A stretch of DNA of 19,038 nt, taken from contig JBHIAE010000054.1 of the NCBI GenBank assembly GCA_046758445.1, forward strand, positions 1 through 19,038. The letters run 5' to 3'. Position numbers and translations under genes: made by a program. This document shows positions 1 through 8,151 of the stretch, in pieces. This DNA is from Candidatus Thorarchaeota archaeon (lineage in GTDB: Archaea; Asgardarchaeota; Thorarchaeia; Thorarchaeales; Thorarchaeaceae). Below the pieces are notes generated by a model. That model made no database searches. It was not told the DNA's origin and was given only the letters and a program-made list of their open reading frames with translations. The number at the start of each line of letters is the position of its first letter. The first letter of the stretch is position 1.

Positions 1-2429
1 ACACCAATCACTGCGGCACCGCCGAGACCAGCTACAACGTAGAGGGTCGGGATACCAAGGATGGTGCCTTCCCACCAATTGCCTGCACCGCCCAAGACCT
101 GGATTTGATAGCCTGGAGCGGAAAAGGTGTATCGTGCGGACCCAGTCCAGTTTCCTGCGTCACCCACCACGAATGATGCGAGTGTCGTGTTGAAGTAGAC
201 ACAGATAGCTGGCAGGTCGAGGTATAGACCAGGGTCAGTCGCAGCGACGTTATAGGTGATGACCCAAGACTCGCCAGGATTCAGGGTCGCTCTCTCCCAG
301 TAGAAGTCACGTTCCCCGTCCAGTCCAATGCTCATGCCATCGAGTACACCCAGGTCGTAGGCTATGTCATTGCCGTAGTTGTGAACAGTGATTGTGAACT
401 CTATCGTTTGACCTGATTCGACTGTCCTGTTGGCAGTGCCCTTTGTGACCACCAGATACGGTCCATCAAGGACCAGAGAGTCCGGTGACGCATCAAAGGT
501 CAGTGTCAGATCTGAGACATCCAATGCCATGGCTGACGTATTTGTCATTGGATCAAAGTTGACTGCACCCGTAAAGCCAATCCCGCCTATCAATGAAGCC
601 CCAAGGTCTGCCATCAGATAGGGTATGAACTGCTTTCTCAGGTTATCCATGTCCATCATGTTGACAAGAGCGGTCTTGATTCCAGCTAGATTGTCTGCTG
701 CCATCGCTGTCCAGAGGGCCGATAGTACAATCTCCCAATGATCATTGACGAAGGCCGCAATCTCCTCTTTGTTTTGGAACTCGGCAGGAAGATCGAATCC
801 GCTGAAGTCCTTGAGATAGGCCTCGATACCTTCTATGAAGGTGTTCAGATAGCCTTCCAATGCAACTGGGTCTGCATAGATGTCGTTATCAAGGATGTCC
901 AGAAGACCATAAGCGTCGAAGTATCTGACGAACGCCTGGGCAAGCGCAGCGAGTGGATTTGTTTGCGCAAGAGTGGCATCAATCCTACTGGTAAGAGCGT
1001 CTGCGTTCATGCCAATAGCGCCCATCAATTCTGCTAGCAGGTCAAGGTTTAGCTCTTTGAGAGGCGTTGGTGGAATCATCGTGGTGAAATCAACGTTTAG
1101 GATACTCTGCTTGAAGTCTGGGAATGGACCAACACTACCCCAAATGGCGTCAATGACATCACTGATGCCCTGTTCAATTTCGGTCATGTTAACCATTGAC
1201 ATTTCTTGATCTAGAAGCAGAGCGTACTCCCTAGGCAAAGCTGAGAGCATCATCCTCATAGCGTCACCGACAGTGGTGTTCTCTGGAATGTAAAGAGTTT
1301 CTCCCACCGTTAGGTTACTAGGAATTGGAAAGCTGTCATTGAAGACCATGAAGTTGCTTGGAAGCTCAGGGATTGAGAGAGACCCTGGAGTCGCACCCAC
1401 GATGAAAGACATCGAGTCTGAAGATGAGTCCTGTTGCATCTTGTTCTGTATGTTGCCTGTGTGACCAACGTGTTGCTTCAGCGAGTAGGTCTCATCTCCA
1501 GGTCCTTCCGTAACTGTCCCTGGAGCACCGAAGCCCACTTCCGCCATAACTCCAAACTGGACTGTCTCGACCAGGTCGGTGTGGCTCGTGTGAGCTCTGT
1601 GATAGGGCCTGTTTGTCGCCCCTAACAGCTCACCAACGAAGTCTGACTCAAAGCCAGTGTAGTTTGCTAGCCAATGGGCTGGAACGAATCCCTCGACTCC
1701 CTGAGTCATTAGGTCCGGCCAATCAGGGGAATCTGCAAGATCCATGAAACCACCCATGCCGGCCAGTCTGCTTCTGAAAGTAGTCATTGCAGTAGCACCA
1801 GGTGTGGCATCAAGGACATCGATGTACGTCATCATGTATCTTTTGACCACTATGTCAACCGGGACTGCAACCCCAAGGTCGAACCAATAGGAGTAGTTGG
1901 CGTCGATAGTGATGAACCTATCCATACTTAATCCGAGAGCGGTTTCATATTCTGTTACAAACTCATCAGCAATGGTAATCGCTTCAGTGATGCTCAAATC
2001 AGTACTGGCCGCAAGATCCCGGTTGAGAGGAACCTCTACAATAGATTCAACGACAATCTCCAAGACTGCCATTGGAGGTCCTACTGCGCCGTTCGGGAAC
2101 GGACTCAGTCCTGTGAAGAGAAACACTGACTGGCTCACATAACCATCATCGGTCGCCATCTGGTTCTGTACAATAGTCTCAAGAGGGTCGAGATGGGCAT
2201 AGCTGTAGTGAGTCTGGTTCTGTAATGACACAATAGCGTTGTAGACCCCACCCCATGGATCCACAATGGAGGCCAGTCCCTCAATCGTTGCGACGGACGG
2301 ACCATTGGACGCCGGGGCAAAAGAGTCCAAAACAACTGGCGTGCCAACGCTACTACCTGCGATTGCTGGCAACACAAGCGTGATGACAACGAACGCAGTT
2401 AGCAGCAGGTTGTCTTTTCTGTTGCTCAA
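1..2429 (-). CDS. Large secreted, C-terminally anchored surface glycoprotein with a membrane-proximal Ig-like (DUF11/CARDB-like) domain; 3' end runs off the window
   Basis: Not in the ORF track. Manual translation gives 809 stop-free codons from TTG at 2429 (AAGGAG 9 nt upstream; in-frame stop upstream at 2490-2492). N-terminal signal peptide MSNRKDNLLLTAFVVITLVLPAIAG. Eleven N-x-S/T sequons. Ig-like segment PYLVVTKGTANRTVESGQTIEFTITVHNYG...LNPGESWVITYNV. Hydrophobic anchor ILGIPTLYVVAGLGGAAVIG at the window edge. Confidence 0.9.
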   Translation of the reverse strand, partial: MSNRKDNLLLTAFVVITLVLPAIAGSSVGTPVVLDSFAPASNGPSVATIEGLASIVDPWGGVYNAIVSLQNQTHYSYAHLDPLETIVQNQMATDDGYVSQSVFLFTGLSPFPNGAVGPPMAVLEIVVESIVEVPLNRDLAASTDLSITEAITIADEFVTEYETALGLSMDRFITIDANYSYWFDLGVAVPVDIVVKRYMMTYIDVLDATPGATAMTTFRSRLAGMGGFMDLADSPDWPDLMTQGVEGFVPAHWLANYTGFESDFVGELLGATNRPYHRAHTSHTDLVETVQFGVMAEVGFGAPGTVTEGPGDETYSLKQHVGHTGNIQNKMQQDSSSDSMSFIVGATPGSLSIPELPSNFMVFNDSFPIPSNLTVGETLYIPENTTVGDAMRMMLSALPREYALLLDQEMSMVNMTEIEQGISDVIDAIWGSVGPFPDFKQSILNVDFTTMIPPTPLKELNLDLLAELMGAIGMNADALTSRIDATLAQTNPLAALAQAFVRYFDAYGLLDILDNDIYADPVALEGYLNTFIEGIEAYLKDFSGFDLPAEFQNKEEIAAFVNDHWEIVLSALWTAMAADNLAGIKTALVNMMDMDNLRKQFIPYLMADLGASLIGGIGFTGAVNFDPMTNTSAMALDVSDLTLTFDASPDSLVLDGPYLVVTKGTANRTVESGQTIEFTITVHNYGNDIAYDLGVLDGMSIGLDGERDFYWERATLNPGESWVITYNVAATDPGLYLDLPAICVYFNTTLASFVVGDAGNWTGSARYTFSAPGYQIQVLGGAGNWWEGTILGIPTLYVVAGLGGAAVIG

Positions 2430-2438
2430 TTTGGAATT

Positions 2439-2444
2439 CTCCTT
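2439..2444 (-). promoter_or_regulatory. Shine-Dalgarno-like site (AAGGAG) for the TTG start at 2429
   Basis: Minus strand reads AAGGAG-AATTCCAAA-TTG. Confidence 0.6.
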
Positions 2445-2652
2445 AAGGCATTCCTGAACGCTCGGTTCATGGCGAACGTTTGGCGCATGTCAAACACCGT
2501 CACAATCTCTTATGAACTGTGTGGTGTACGCCAAACTCTCTCGAACGACAGGCACATGCCTAACTCACATTAATTGTAAAACATCCCCAAAGTAGGTATT
2601 TGAAGTTTTGTCGCTCATCTCGACGCCCCAATGTGTGGTAGACTGCACAATT

Positions 2653-3939
2653 CTAATCTTGCTGTTCATGGTCGTCCAAGAGGTCTTCTGACGGTTCAAC
2701 TGAGCTTTCCTCGTCTGATGAGCGGTCCGAATCGGGCAATTCTTCAATTTCCTTTTCTTCAAATAGCTCTTCCTCCTCGACATCATCTGCGGGCTCAAGT
2801 TCTTCTTCCTCTGTTGGAATCCGCAGGTCCTCAGGAATCTCGGGAGGCTCAGGTGCCCTGCCAATCCTCCTGAGATACACGAGTTCCATGACCAGCGCCA
2901 CAAACGGGAAGATGTAGAGTTTGATCAGGTCGCCAAAGGAGGCTCCGATGTCAATCCCGATCCCCTGATTGCCCAGTCCGAATATGATCGGAAAGATTGC
3001 ATCCGAGAAGTAGTACCCCGATGCCAGAAAGAAGGTGAATGTGGCTGCTACGTCAGCGGAGATCTTCCACCTAGTTTCAAGTCCCTCTCTGCTAGCCAGC
3101 GATCGCCCGACCGAACTCATAGTATAGAAGAGGAAGAGTATTGAAACTCCGATGCCCACAAGGTCTAGTCCGAGCGCTGCCCCCTGACCTGCGTTGTAGA
3201 TGAAGTAGGATGAGTATAAGGAAACAAAGAGTCCTATGACAGCGAGATTCACCAGCGTTGGCTTATCGCGATGGCGGACCATGATGATTCCATTCAGGAA
3301 ATTGAAGCCCATGACCAATAGAGCTCCAGGGATGATCGCGGCAAGAAGCCAGATGTTTGTGATAAACAGACCCTGCAGGATTCCTACATAGACAAGAGTT
3401 GCGACGACCACAAAGTAGCTGAAGAGATTGGAGAATCCAGCAAGTCCTCTAACGATTCTTCTAACCTCTGTGCCAGCGGCGACGTCAGCATACCTAAGAC
3501 TTGTCCTCGTACTGTAGTAGGCCTGGAAGGCAATCCAGCCCACAAAGGCGACTCCGAATATGAGAATCTCCAATATGGGCATAGCGAAGAGGATGAAGAC
3601 GAACAGGACTGCACCACTGACTATCATCCAGGGAATGACTCCAACGAGTGATTTGGCATAGGACTCTTCACTCGCTAGGAACCTCTGAAGGCCGACGAGG
3701 GAGAGAAGCACCGCCAAGAGGAAATAGATGGGCCATACTCCAGCCAGCAAGATAAAACCTGGAAGAAGTGGAGCCACAAAGGCTGGACCGTAGACTGCAA
3801 GAAGGGTTGCCCCAATGCGACCTAGCAGTGAGATGATGACAGCCCCAATCACGAAGAGAATAGTCAACCATCTTAGCCGGTTGGATGCCCAGAATAGCTT
3901 GAGTCCTTCGATAAGTCCTGACAATATTGGAACGTCCAT
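2653..3939 (-). CDS. Polytopic membrane protein of unknown function (~10 TM) with a highly acidic C-terminal tail
   Basis: About 10 hydrophobic segments; 32 of the last 66 residues are D/E. Start moved from 3945 to ATG 3939 because AAGGAGGT (3947-3954) is 7 nt from 3939 but only 1 nt from 3945. Confidence 0.85.
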   Translation of the reverse strand: MDVPILSGLIEGLKLFWASNRLRWLTILFVIGAVIISLLGRIGATLLAVYGPAFVAPLLPGFILLAGVWPIYFLLAVLLSLVGLQRFLASEESYAKSLVGVIPWMIVSGAVLFVFILFAMPILEILIFGVAFVGWIAFQAYYSTRTSLRYADVAAGTEVRRIVRGLAGFSNLFSYFVVVATLVYVGILQGLFITNIWLLAAIIPGALLVMGFNFLNGIIMVRHRDKPTLVNLAVIGLFVSLYSSYFIYNAGQGAALGLDLVGIGVSILFLFYTMSSVGRSLASREGLETRWKISADVAATFTFFLASGYYFSDAIFPIIFGLGNQGIGIDIGASFGDLIKLYIFPFVALVMELVYLRRIGRAPEPPEIPEDLRIPTEEEELEPADDVEEEELFEEKEIEELPDSDRSSDEESSVEPSEDLLDDHEQQD

Positions 3940-3946
3940 CTCCATT

Positions 3947-3954
3947 ACCTCCTT
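3947..3954 (-). promoter_or_regulatory. Strong Shine-Dalgarno site AAGGAGGT
   Basis: Minus strand AAGGAGGT-AATGGAG-ATG; fits a downstream cistron in an operon with the thioredoxin gene. Confidence 0.7.
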
Positions 3955-3990
3955 CAGCCTTCCCCTTGGGGACTGAGCCCGCTTTTATTT

Positions 3991-4464
3991 CTACGCTCCC
4001 GCCTTCTTGAGGACATAGACAAGCTCAGCTTCCAATGTAGGCTTGACGACCTGCTTCTCAACAATTGTGGCGACTCTGTTTCCTTGAGAGTCGAAGATCT
4101 CAATCCAAGGTATCGCAGTTGCTCCCCACTCCTCGATCTCAGGCGGAGATGGGGGTACCCTCCATTGATGGTCTGGGTCCAGTGGGGCAGTCTTGATTCC
4201 TCCGAAGACTCGGATGTCCAAGCCGATTTCCTCTTCAAGTTGTGCCAACACGAGTATCGCTTTGACACAGTCCTTGCACCAACCAGCACTCATCACTACT
4301 ATCGTCAGCCCTGTGGTCAGGTTACGGAGCTCTTCCGTACTCACTGGGTCTAATTCGTATGACTGATACTCTGCCATGAAGCGATCGATGTGCTTGCTTT
4401 CGATGCTTTCTAAGTACTCTTTCGCTGTCTTGGTCCGGCTTCGGATGTTCTCCAAGTCTGCCAT
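3991..4464 (-). CDS. Thioredoxin-family protein (WCxDC type)
   Basis: Strand IVVMSAG followed by WCKDC, later AIPWIEIFD (cis-Pro strand). Start set at ATG 4464 (MADLENIR, 157 aa); the longer track start runs through the divergent promoter region. Confidence 0.85.
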   Translation of the reverse strand: MADLENIRSRTKTAKEYLESIESKHIDRFMAEYQSYELDPVSTEELRNLTTGLTIVVMSAGWCKDCVKAILVLAQLEEEIGLDIRVFGGIKTAPLDPDHQWRVPPSPPEIEEWGATAIPWIEIFDSQGNRVATIVEKQVVKPTLEAELVYVLKKAGA

Positions 4465-4573
4465 GGCAGATGAATCGCGGTATGTTCTGCTCAAAAAACA
4501 TTCTGTAGGGATACCGGGGGATGGTGGCCGATGAATTGATTTGTCGGAATCCACAGTATATCGCATCAACCCT

Positions 4574-4589
4574 GAAAAGCGTTTAGAAG
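4574..4589 (+). promoter_or_regulatory. Putative BRE/TATA-like promoter of the GTPase gene (leaderless or short leader)
   Basis: GAAAAGCG-TTTAGAAG; the T-rich box starts 29 nt before GTG 4611. The same AAAGCGTTT 9-mer occurs at equivalent spacing before 8152. Confidence 0.45.
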
Positions 4590-4610
4590 ACTCAATCAAG
4601 CAGGAACTAG

Positions 4611-5168
4611 GTGGTGTGTAGCCTGCCTACAGAGGTCTACAAAGCTATCGTACTCGGCCCACCCAACGTAGGAAAGAGTTCTCTAATCAGAAGATATCAG
4701 TCTGGTGAGTTCTCTGAAACCTATACTGCCACTGTGGGGCTCGATATGAAGGCAGCCACCTTCGATTTTCCTGACGGGTCTGTAGTTCTAACAGTTGTTG
4801 ACATTGGAGGGCAGGAAACATTCACCGCGCTAAGGAGTCGTTTCTTCGCGGGGGCCCATCACTTGATTCTCGTGTTTGACAAGACAGATCGATCGACCTT
4901 CGATCTGATTCCGGAGTGGCACGAATCGCTTACCAAGAATGTGAACATCCCCGAACATCTATTTCCGAAGGGGTCACTGGTTGGAAACAAGGCGGACCTG
5001 GAGGATCAGATTGTGGTCACCACAGAAGAAGCGAAGCGACTGGCCACAATCCTTGTTCTGGAGTACTTTGAGGCTAGCGCGAAGACTGGCCTAAATGTGG
5101 CCGAGATCTTCATGCGCGCGGCTTCAGAATCTCGCCGAGTTGCCAGAGGTCTAAGTACACAGGACTGA
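4611..5168 (+). CDS. Ras-superfamily small GTPase, Rab-like
   Basis: G1 GPPNVGKS, G2 YTATVG, G3 DIGGQE, G4 NKAD, G5 EASAK. Degenerate RabF-like motifs VGLDM, FFAGA and LVFDKT. No C-terminal Cys. Confidence 0.95.
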   Translation: MVCSLPTEVYKAIVLGPPNVGKSSLIRRYQSGEFSETYTATVGLDMKAATFDFPDGSVVLTVVDIGGQETFTALRSRFFAGAHHLILVFDKTDRSTFDLIPEWHESLTKNVNIPEHLFPKGSLVGNKADLEDQIVVTTEEAKRLATILVLEYFEASAKTGLNVAEIFMRAASESRRVARGLSTQD

Positions 5169-5280
5169 AACGTGTACTTCCTGAGGCCCGTTGACGATTT
5201 ATGGGTCAGGTCCCAAGAGTTAAAACGCAGCTCCTCACGAGCAGTCTCGTCACATGACAATCTGGGAAGGCTAGGGTATC

Positions 5281-6621
5281 ATGTCGGTAGCAATTGAGGA
5301 AATCCGGAAACGAAAGTGGCTTGCGATATATGCGTTCTTAATCATGGATGTCCTACAGATTCTGTTTGTGTCGATACTCAACGTAGACGAGCTGAACCCA
5401 TATGTGGTGGGTATTGACCTCTCACGGTCGAGTCCAATTGCTTCGACATCACTATTTCTGACAATAGTCCTTCTCCAGCTGTTTGTGGTGTATTACGTAG
5501 CCTACGCCATGCAGCGCAGTCCAGAGCTAAGACCTCTGCATCCACATTTTGACAGCAAGAAGAAGTGGGAGTGCCGATACTCAAGAGACGAGATTGTTAG
5601 TTGGACGCTTGAACAGGCTGAAAAGAGCAAAGTCAGTGTGCGAAAGATCTACTTAGTGAGCTCACCTCTTCCAAATGCCTTCACCTTCAGTCTGCCTGGC
5701 ATGGGGTCTATAGTAGCAGTCTACAGCAATATTCTCGATATCCTCGAGCCGAATGAAGTGAAGGCAATAGTCGCCCACGAGGTCGGTCACATTTCCAATC
5801 GTGACTCGATAATTCAGATATTTGTCAGGATGCCTTCGTTCTTTGTTGACACAATCTATCTCTACATCTACCTGAGACTGGCCATGGGAGTGTCGAATGC
5901 GCTCTTCTTGTACGGTGACCCAGTGCTAGCCGGAATCAGACTTGGCGTTCTTCTCGTGTTCTTCGGGTTCTCGAGATTCCTTTCAATTGTTTCGCAAGCC
6001 GTTATGCAGAAGGCGTCTCGTGAGGCCGAGCTTCTGTCCGATTATCATGCGGCAGAGATTGTTGGTGTAGAACCGACCATCAACGGCCTTGTTCGGCTCG
6101 GGCAAAGATCTGAGGCCGTCAGTGCTTTGATTGATGAGATTCGATGGCTTGAGTCCCTAAATCCAGAACGCAGCGGAGCCCTGAGAAGAAAGGAACTGGT
6201 CCGCATGATTGAGTTGTATCCTTTAGACGGCATTGACGAGGACAATGCGAGAGAGATGGCGCCCTGGGTGTTTCTCTCAACGAGACTAAGGCATATGAGA
6301 GAAGTCTACGGTCTGAGTCTGACTGATGACCAGATCAAATCGGCAGTGGAGCCGGCCTTAGATGTTCTCGCTGAGAAGCGTTCAAAGAAGAAAGAAGAGC
6401 CTGAAGAGAAGAAGGGGCCTGGCACAATAGACTGGCGCACAGTTGACTACGACGGGGATCGCAGACTATCGACTGAAGAACTCAAAGACCTACTAGAGCT
6501 CCTACGCAAGAATCCGAAGAAGTTGATGTTTGACAGCGAATTGAGCATGAGTCTTTGGGCCATGAGCCACCCTGACTTCCGAAGGAGAGTACTCACTGTA
6601 GCGGATGCATTTGGCCTATGA
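5281..6621 (+). CDS. M48 (HtpX/Ste24-like) membrane zinc metalloprotease with an EF-hand-containing insertion
   Basis: Two N-terminal TM helices, PNAF, HEVGH (5776-5790), two further TMs, SREAELLSD (third ligand Glu at 6028-6030) and a C-terminal SHPDFRRRV motif. EF-hand loop DYDGDRRLSTEE at 6445-6480. Confidence 0.9.
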   Translation: MSVAIEEIRKRKWLAIYAFLIMDVLQILFVSILNVDELNPYVVGIDLSRSSPIASTSLFLTIVLLQLFVVYYVAYAMQRSPELRPLHPHFDSKKKWECRYSRDEIVSWTLEQAEKSKVSVRKIYLVSSPLPNAFTFSLPGMGSIVAVYSNILDILEPNEVKAIVAHEVGHISNRDSIIQIFVRMPSFFVDTIYLYIYLRLAMGVSNALFLYGDPVLAGIRLGVLLVFFGFSRFLSIVSQAVMQKASREAELLSDYHAAEIVGVEPTINGLVRLGQRSEAVSALIDEIRWLESLNPERSGALRRKELVRMIELYPLDGIDEDNAREMAPWVFLSTRLRHMREVYGLSLTDDQIKSAVEPALDVLAEKRSKKKEEPEEKKGPGTIDWRTVDYDGDRRLSTEELKDLLELLRKNPKKLMFDSELSMSLWAMSHPDFRRRVLTVADAFGL

Positions 6622-8031
6622 GCCTGCTGATGCCGTTCTCTGTTCTTCAGCCGGACTCAGGCCGCGAAAAGCCGAGATGATTCCTGCCAGGAGAGCCAGA
6701 ACACAGAATGTCCAGATAGTCCACTGGAACGATTGTGTGTAAGGTAAGATGTCATGATATACCATGAAGACTGTTGTCACCAATGCCGTTGCGATTGAGA
6801 AGCCTGTGGTTCTCGCTATGTTTGTCAGTGCACTTACTACTCCCATATATTCACGTGGTGCCGATGTCATTATGAAATTCCCATTGGCGACAGAGAAGGT
6901 TGAGAGTCCGAAGCCCATGATAACGATTCCAACAATGATCAGCGGGATATCTGGAATCACAAGTCCGATGAACAACAGACCCAGAAGTTGGATAACAAGT
7001 CCAAATACGGTCTGCTTTCTAGCCTTTACCCGCTCTGACACTAGACCGGCAAAGGGTCCCACTACAGAGATCACTATTGGATGTGCAGTCAGAATGAGTC
7101 CTGTCAGCGACTGAGAGAACCCCAGTTCCTCCTGCAGAAAGAAGGGAAAGAGGAAGATGAGAGGCACTATTGCCATGTAGGACAAGAGTGCCGAGAAGAT
7201 GCTAGCAGAAATCCGTTTGTCTGCGAGCACGCGAGTAGGGACAATTGGTGCTTCAAACCTCGTTTCCCTCATAATGAATGCGATCAAGGAGATAATGATT
7301 ACAGATGCTAGGAATACTGAGATGACCAAGTGTGCAGTTCTCGCCACTGAAACGAGATAGATTAGCATAAAGAGAAACGTGAAAAACAGCCCGGCGCCCA
7401 GTGTGTCGAATTTCGTTTCATGCACCAGTTCGGTTTCCGGCACAATGCTCTGCACAACCAGAAATCCAACCACCCCGATTGGGAGGTTGATCAGAAAGAT
7501 GCTTGGCCAACCGAAGTATTGGCTCAACAATCCGCCAATAACAGGTCCAAGACCCAAGGCCGCCGCCAACACAACAGAGTTCAGGCCAATGGCGCGTCCA
7601 CGATTCTGCGGAGTAGTAAAGTATGTGACCAGGGCCAGTCCATTGGCGGTCATCATGCTGGCTCCAAAGGCCTGGAACACTCTAGAAGCCACAAGGAATG
7701 CCAAGTCCGGACTCAATGCGCAGAATAGAGACCCTGTGATGAAGATTAACATGCCAGTCTGAAAGATCCTCGTCTTTCCGTATCTATCTCCCAACTTGCC
7801 CATCAATGGCATGAGAGAAGTGATGACGAGTAGGTAGGCCAGCACAACCCACTGAATCTCAGTCATAGTGACTCCAAGACTTCCTGACATTGTGACAAGT
7901 GACACATTCACAATTGAGGCATCGAGAGCCCCGAGGAATATCCCGAAACTAGTAGCGGCGACAATCTTGTAGGGGCCCGGAAGAGATGGCTCTCCGATGT
8001 GTGGCGACTGCTGGCTTTCAGGGTGAGTCAT
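6616..8031 (-). CDS. MFS drug:H+ antiporter, DHA2 (EmrB/QacA-like, 14 TM)
   Basis: LDASIVNVSL, GKLGDRYGKTR (motif A), GLGPVIGGLL (motif C), WPSIFLINLPIG. Start set to ATG 8031 (MTHPES). Overlaps the convergent M48 gene by 6 nt. Confidence 0.92.
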   Translation of the reverse strand: MTHPESQQSPHIGEPSLPGPYKIVAATSFGIFLGALDASIVNVSLVTMSGSLGVTMTEIQWVVLAYLLVITSLMPLMGKLGDRYGKTRIFQTGMLIFITGSLFCALSPDLAFLVASRVFQAFGASMMTANGLALVTYFTTPQNRGRAIGLNSVVLAAALGLGPVIGGLLSQYFGWPSIFLINLPIGVVGFLVVQSIVPETELVHETKFDTLGAGLFFTFLFMLIYLVSVARTAHLVISVFLASVIIISLIAFIMRETRFEAPIVPTRVLADKRISASIFSALLSYMAIVPLIFLFPFFLQEELGFSQSLTGLILTAHPIVISVVGPFAGLVSERVKARKQTVFGLVIQLLGLLFIGLVIPDIPLIIVGIVIMGFGLSTFSVANGNFIMTSAPREYMGVVSALTNIARTTGFSIATALVTTVFMVYHDILPYTQSFQWTIWTFCVLALLAGIISAFRGLSPAEEQRTASAGS

Positions 8032-8116
8032 CGATAGTCGTGCCTCTTCTGTGAGATTAGACGCAGCACAGCCAGCCTCCAATTAAGGGTATGGCTATGT
8101 TGTGATTTCACCTTAC

Positions 8117-8130
8117 GAAAGCGTTTTCTT
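8117..8130 (+). promoter_or_regulatory. Putative BRE/TATA-like promoter (leaderless)
   Basis: GAAAGCG-TTTTCTT; the T-rich box starts 28 nt before ATG 8152 and matches the element at 4574. Confidence 0.4.
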
Positions 8131-8151
8131 CGTGTGGGAATCGTCATCCTC

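Noticed and set aside
2159-2225. 12-nt direct repeat TCTGGTTCTGTA
   Set aside because: Only two copies inside a CDS (both encode QNQ); not a CRISPR or a mobile-element end.
430-2457. Short track ORFs (430-621, 738-1037, 973-1209, 1434-1625, 1897-2142, 2135-2389, 2266-2457)
   Set aside because: All are antisense or off-frame shadows of the long minus-strand surface-protein gene and show no motifs.
5166-5283. UGA read-through or selenocysteine fusing the GTPase to the protease
   Set aside because: The genes are in different frames, the read-through peptide is featureless, and no convincing SECIS was seen.
4611-6621. Idea that the M48 protease is a Ste24-like CAAX protease processing the adjacent GTPase
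   Set aside because: The GTPase has no C-terminal Cys or CAAX, and the protease has HtpX-like topology (two N-terminal TMs) rather than the longer Ste24 N-terminus.
6616-6621. 6-nt overlap of the convergent protease and MFS genes
   Set aside because: Common in compact archaeal genomes; no evidence of special function.
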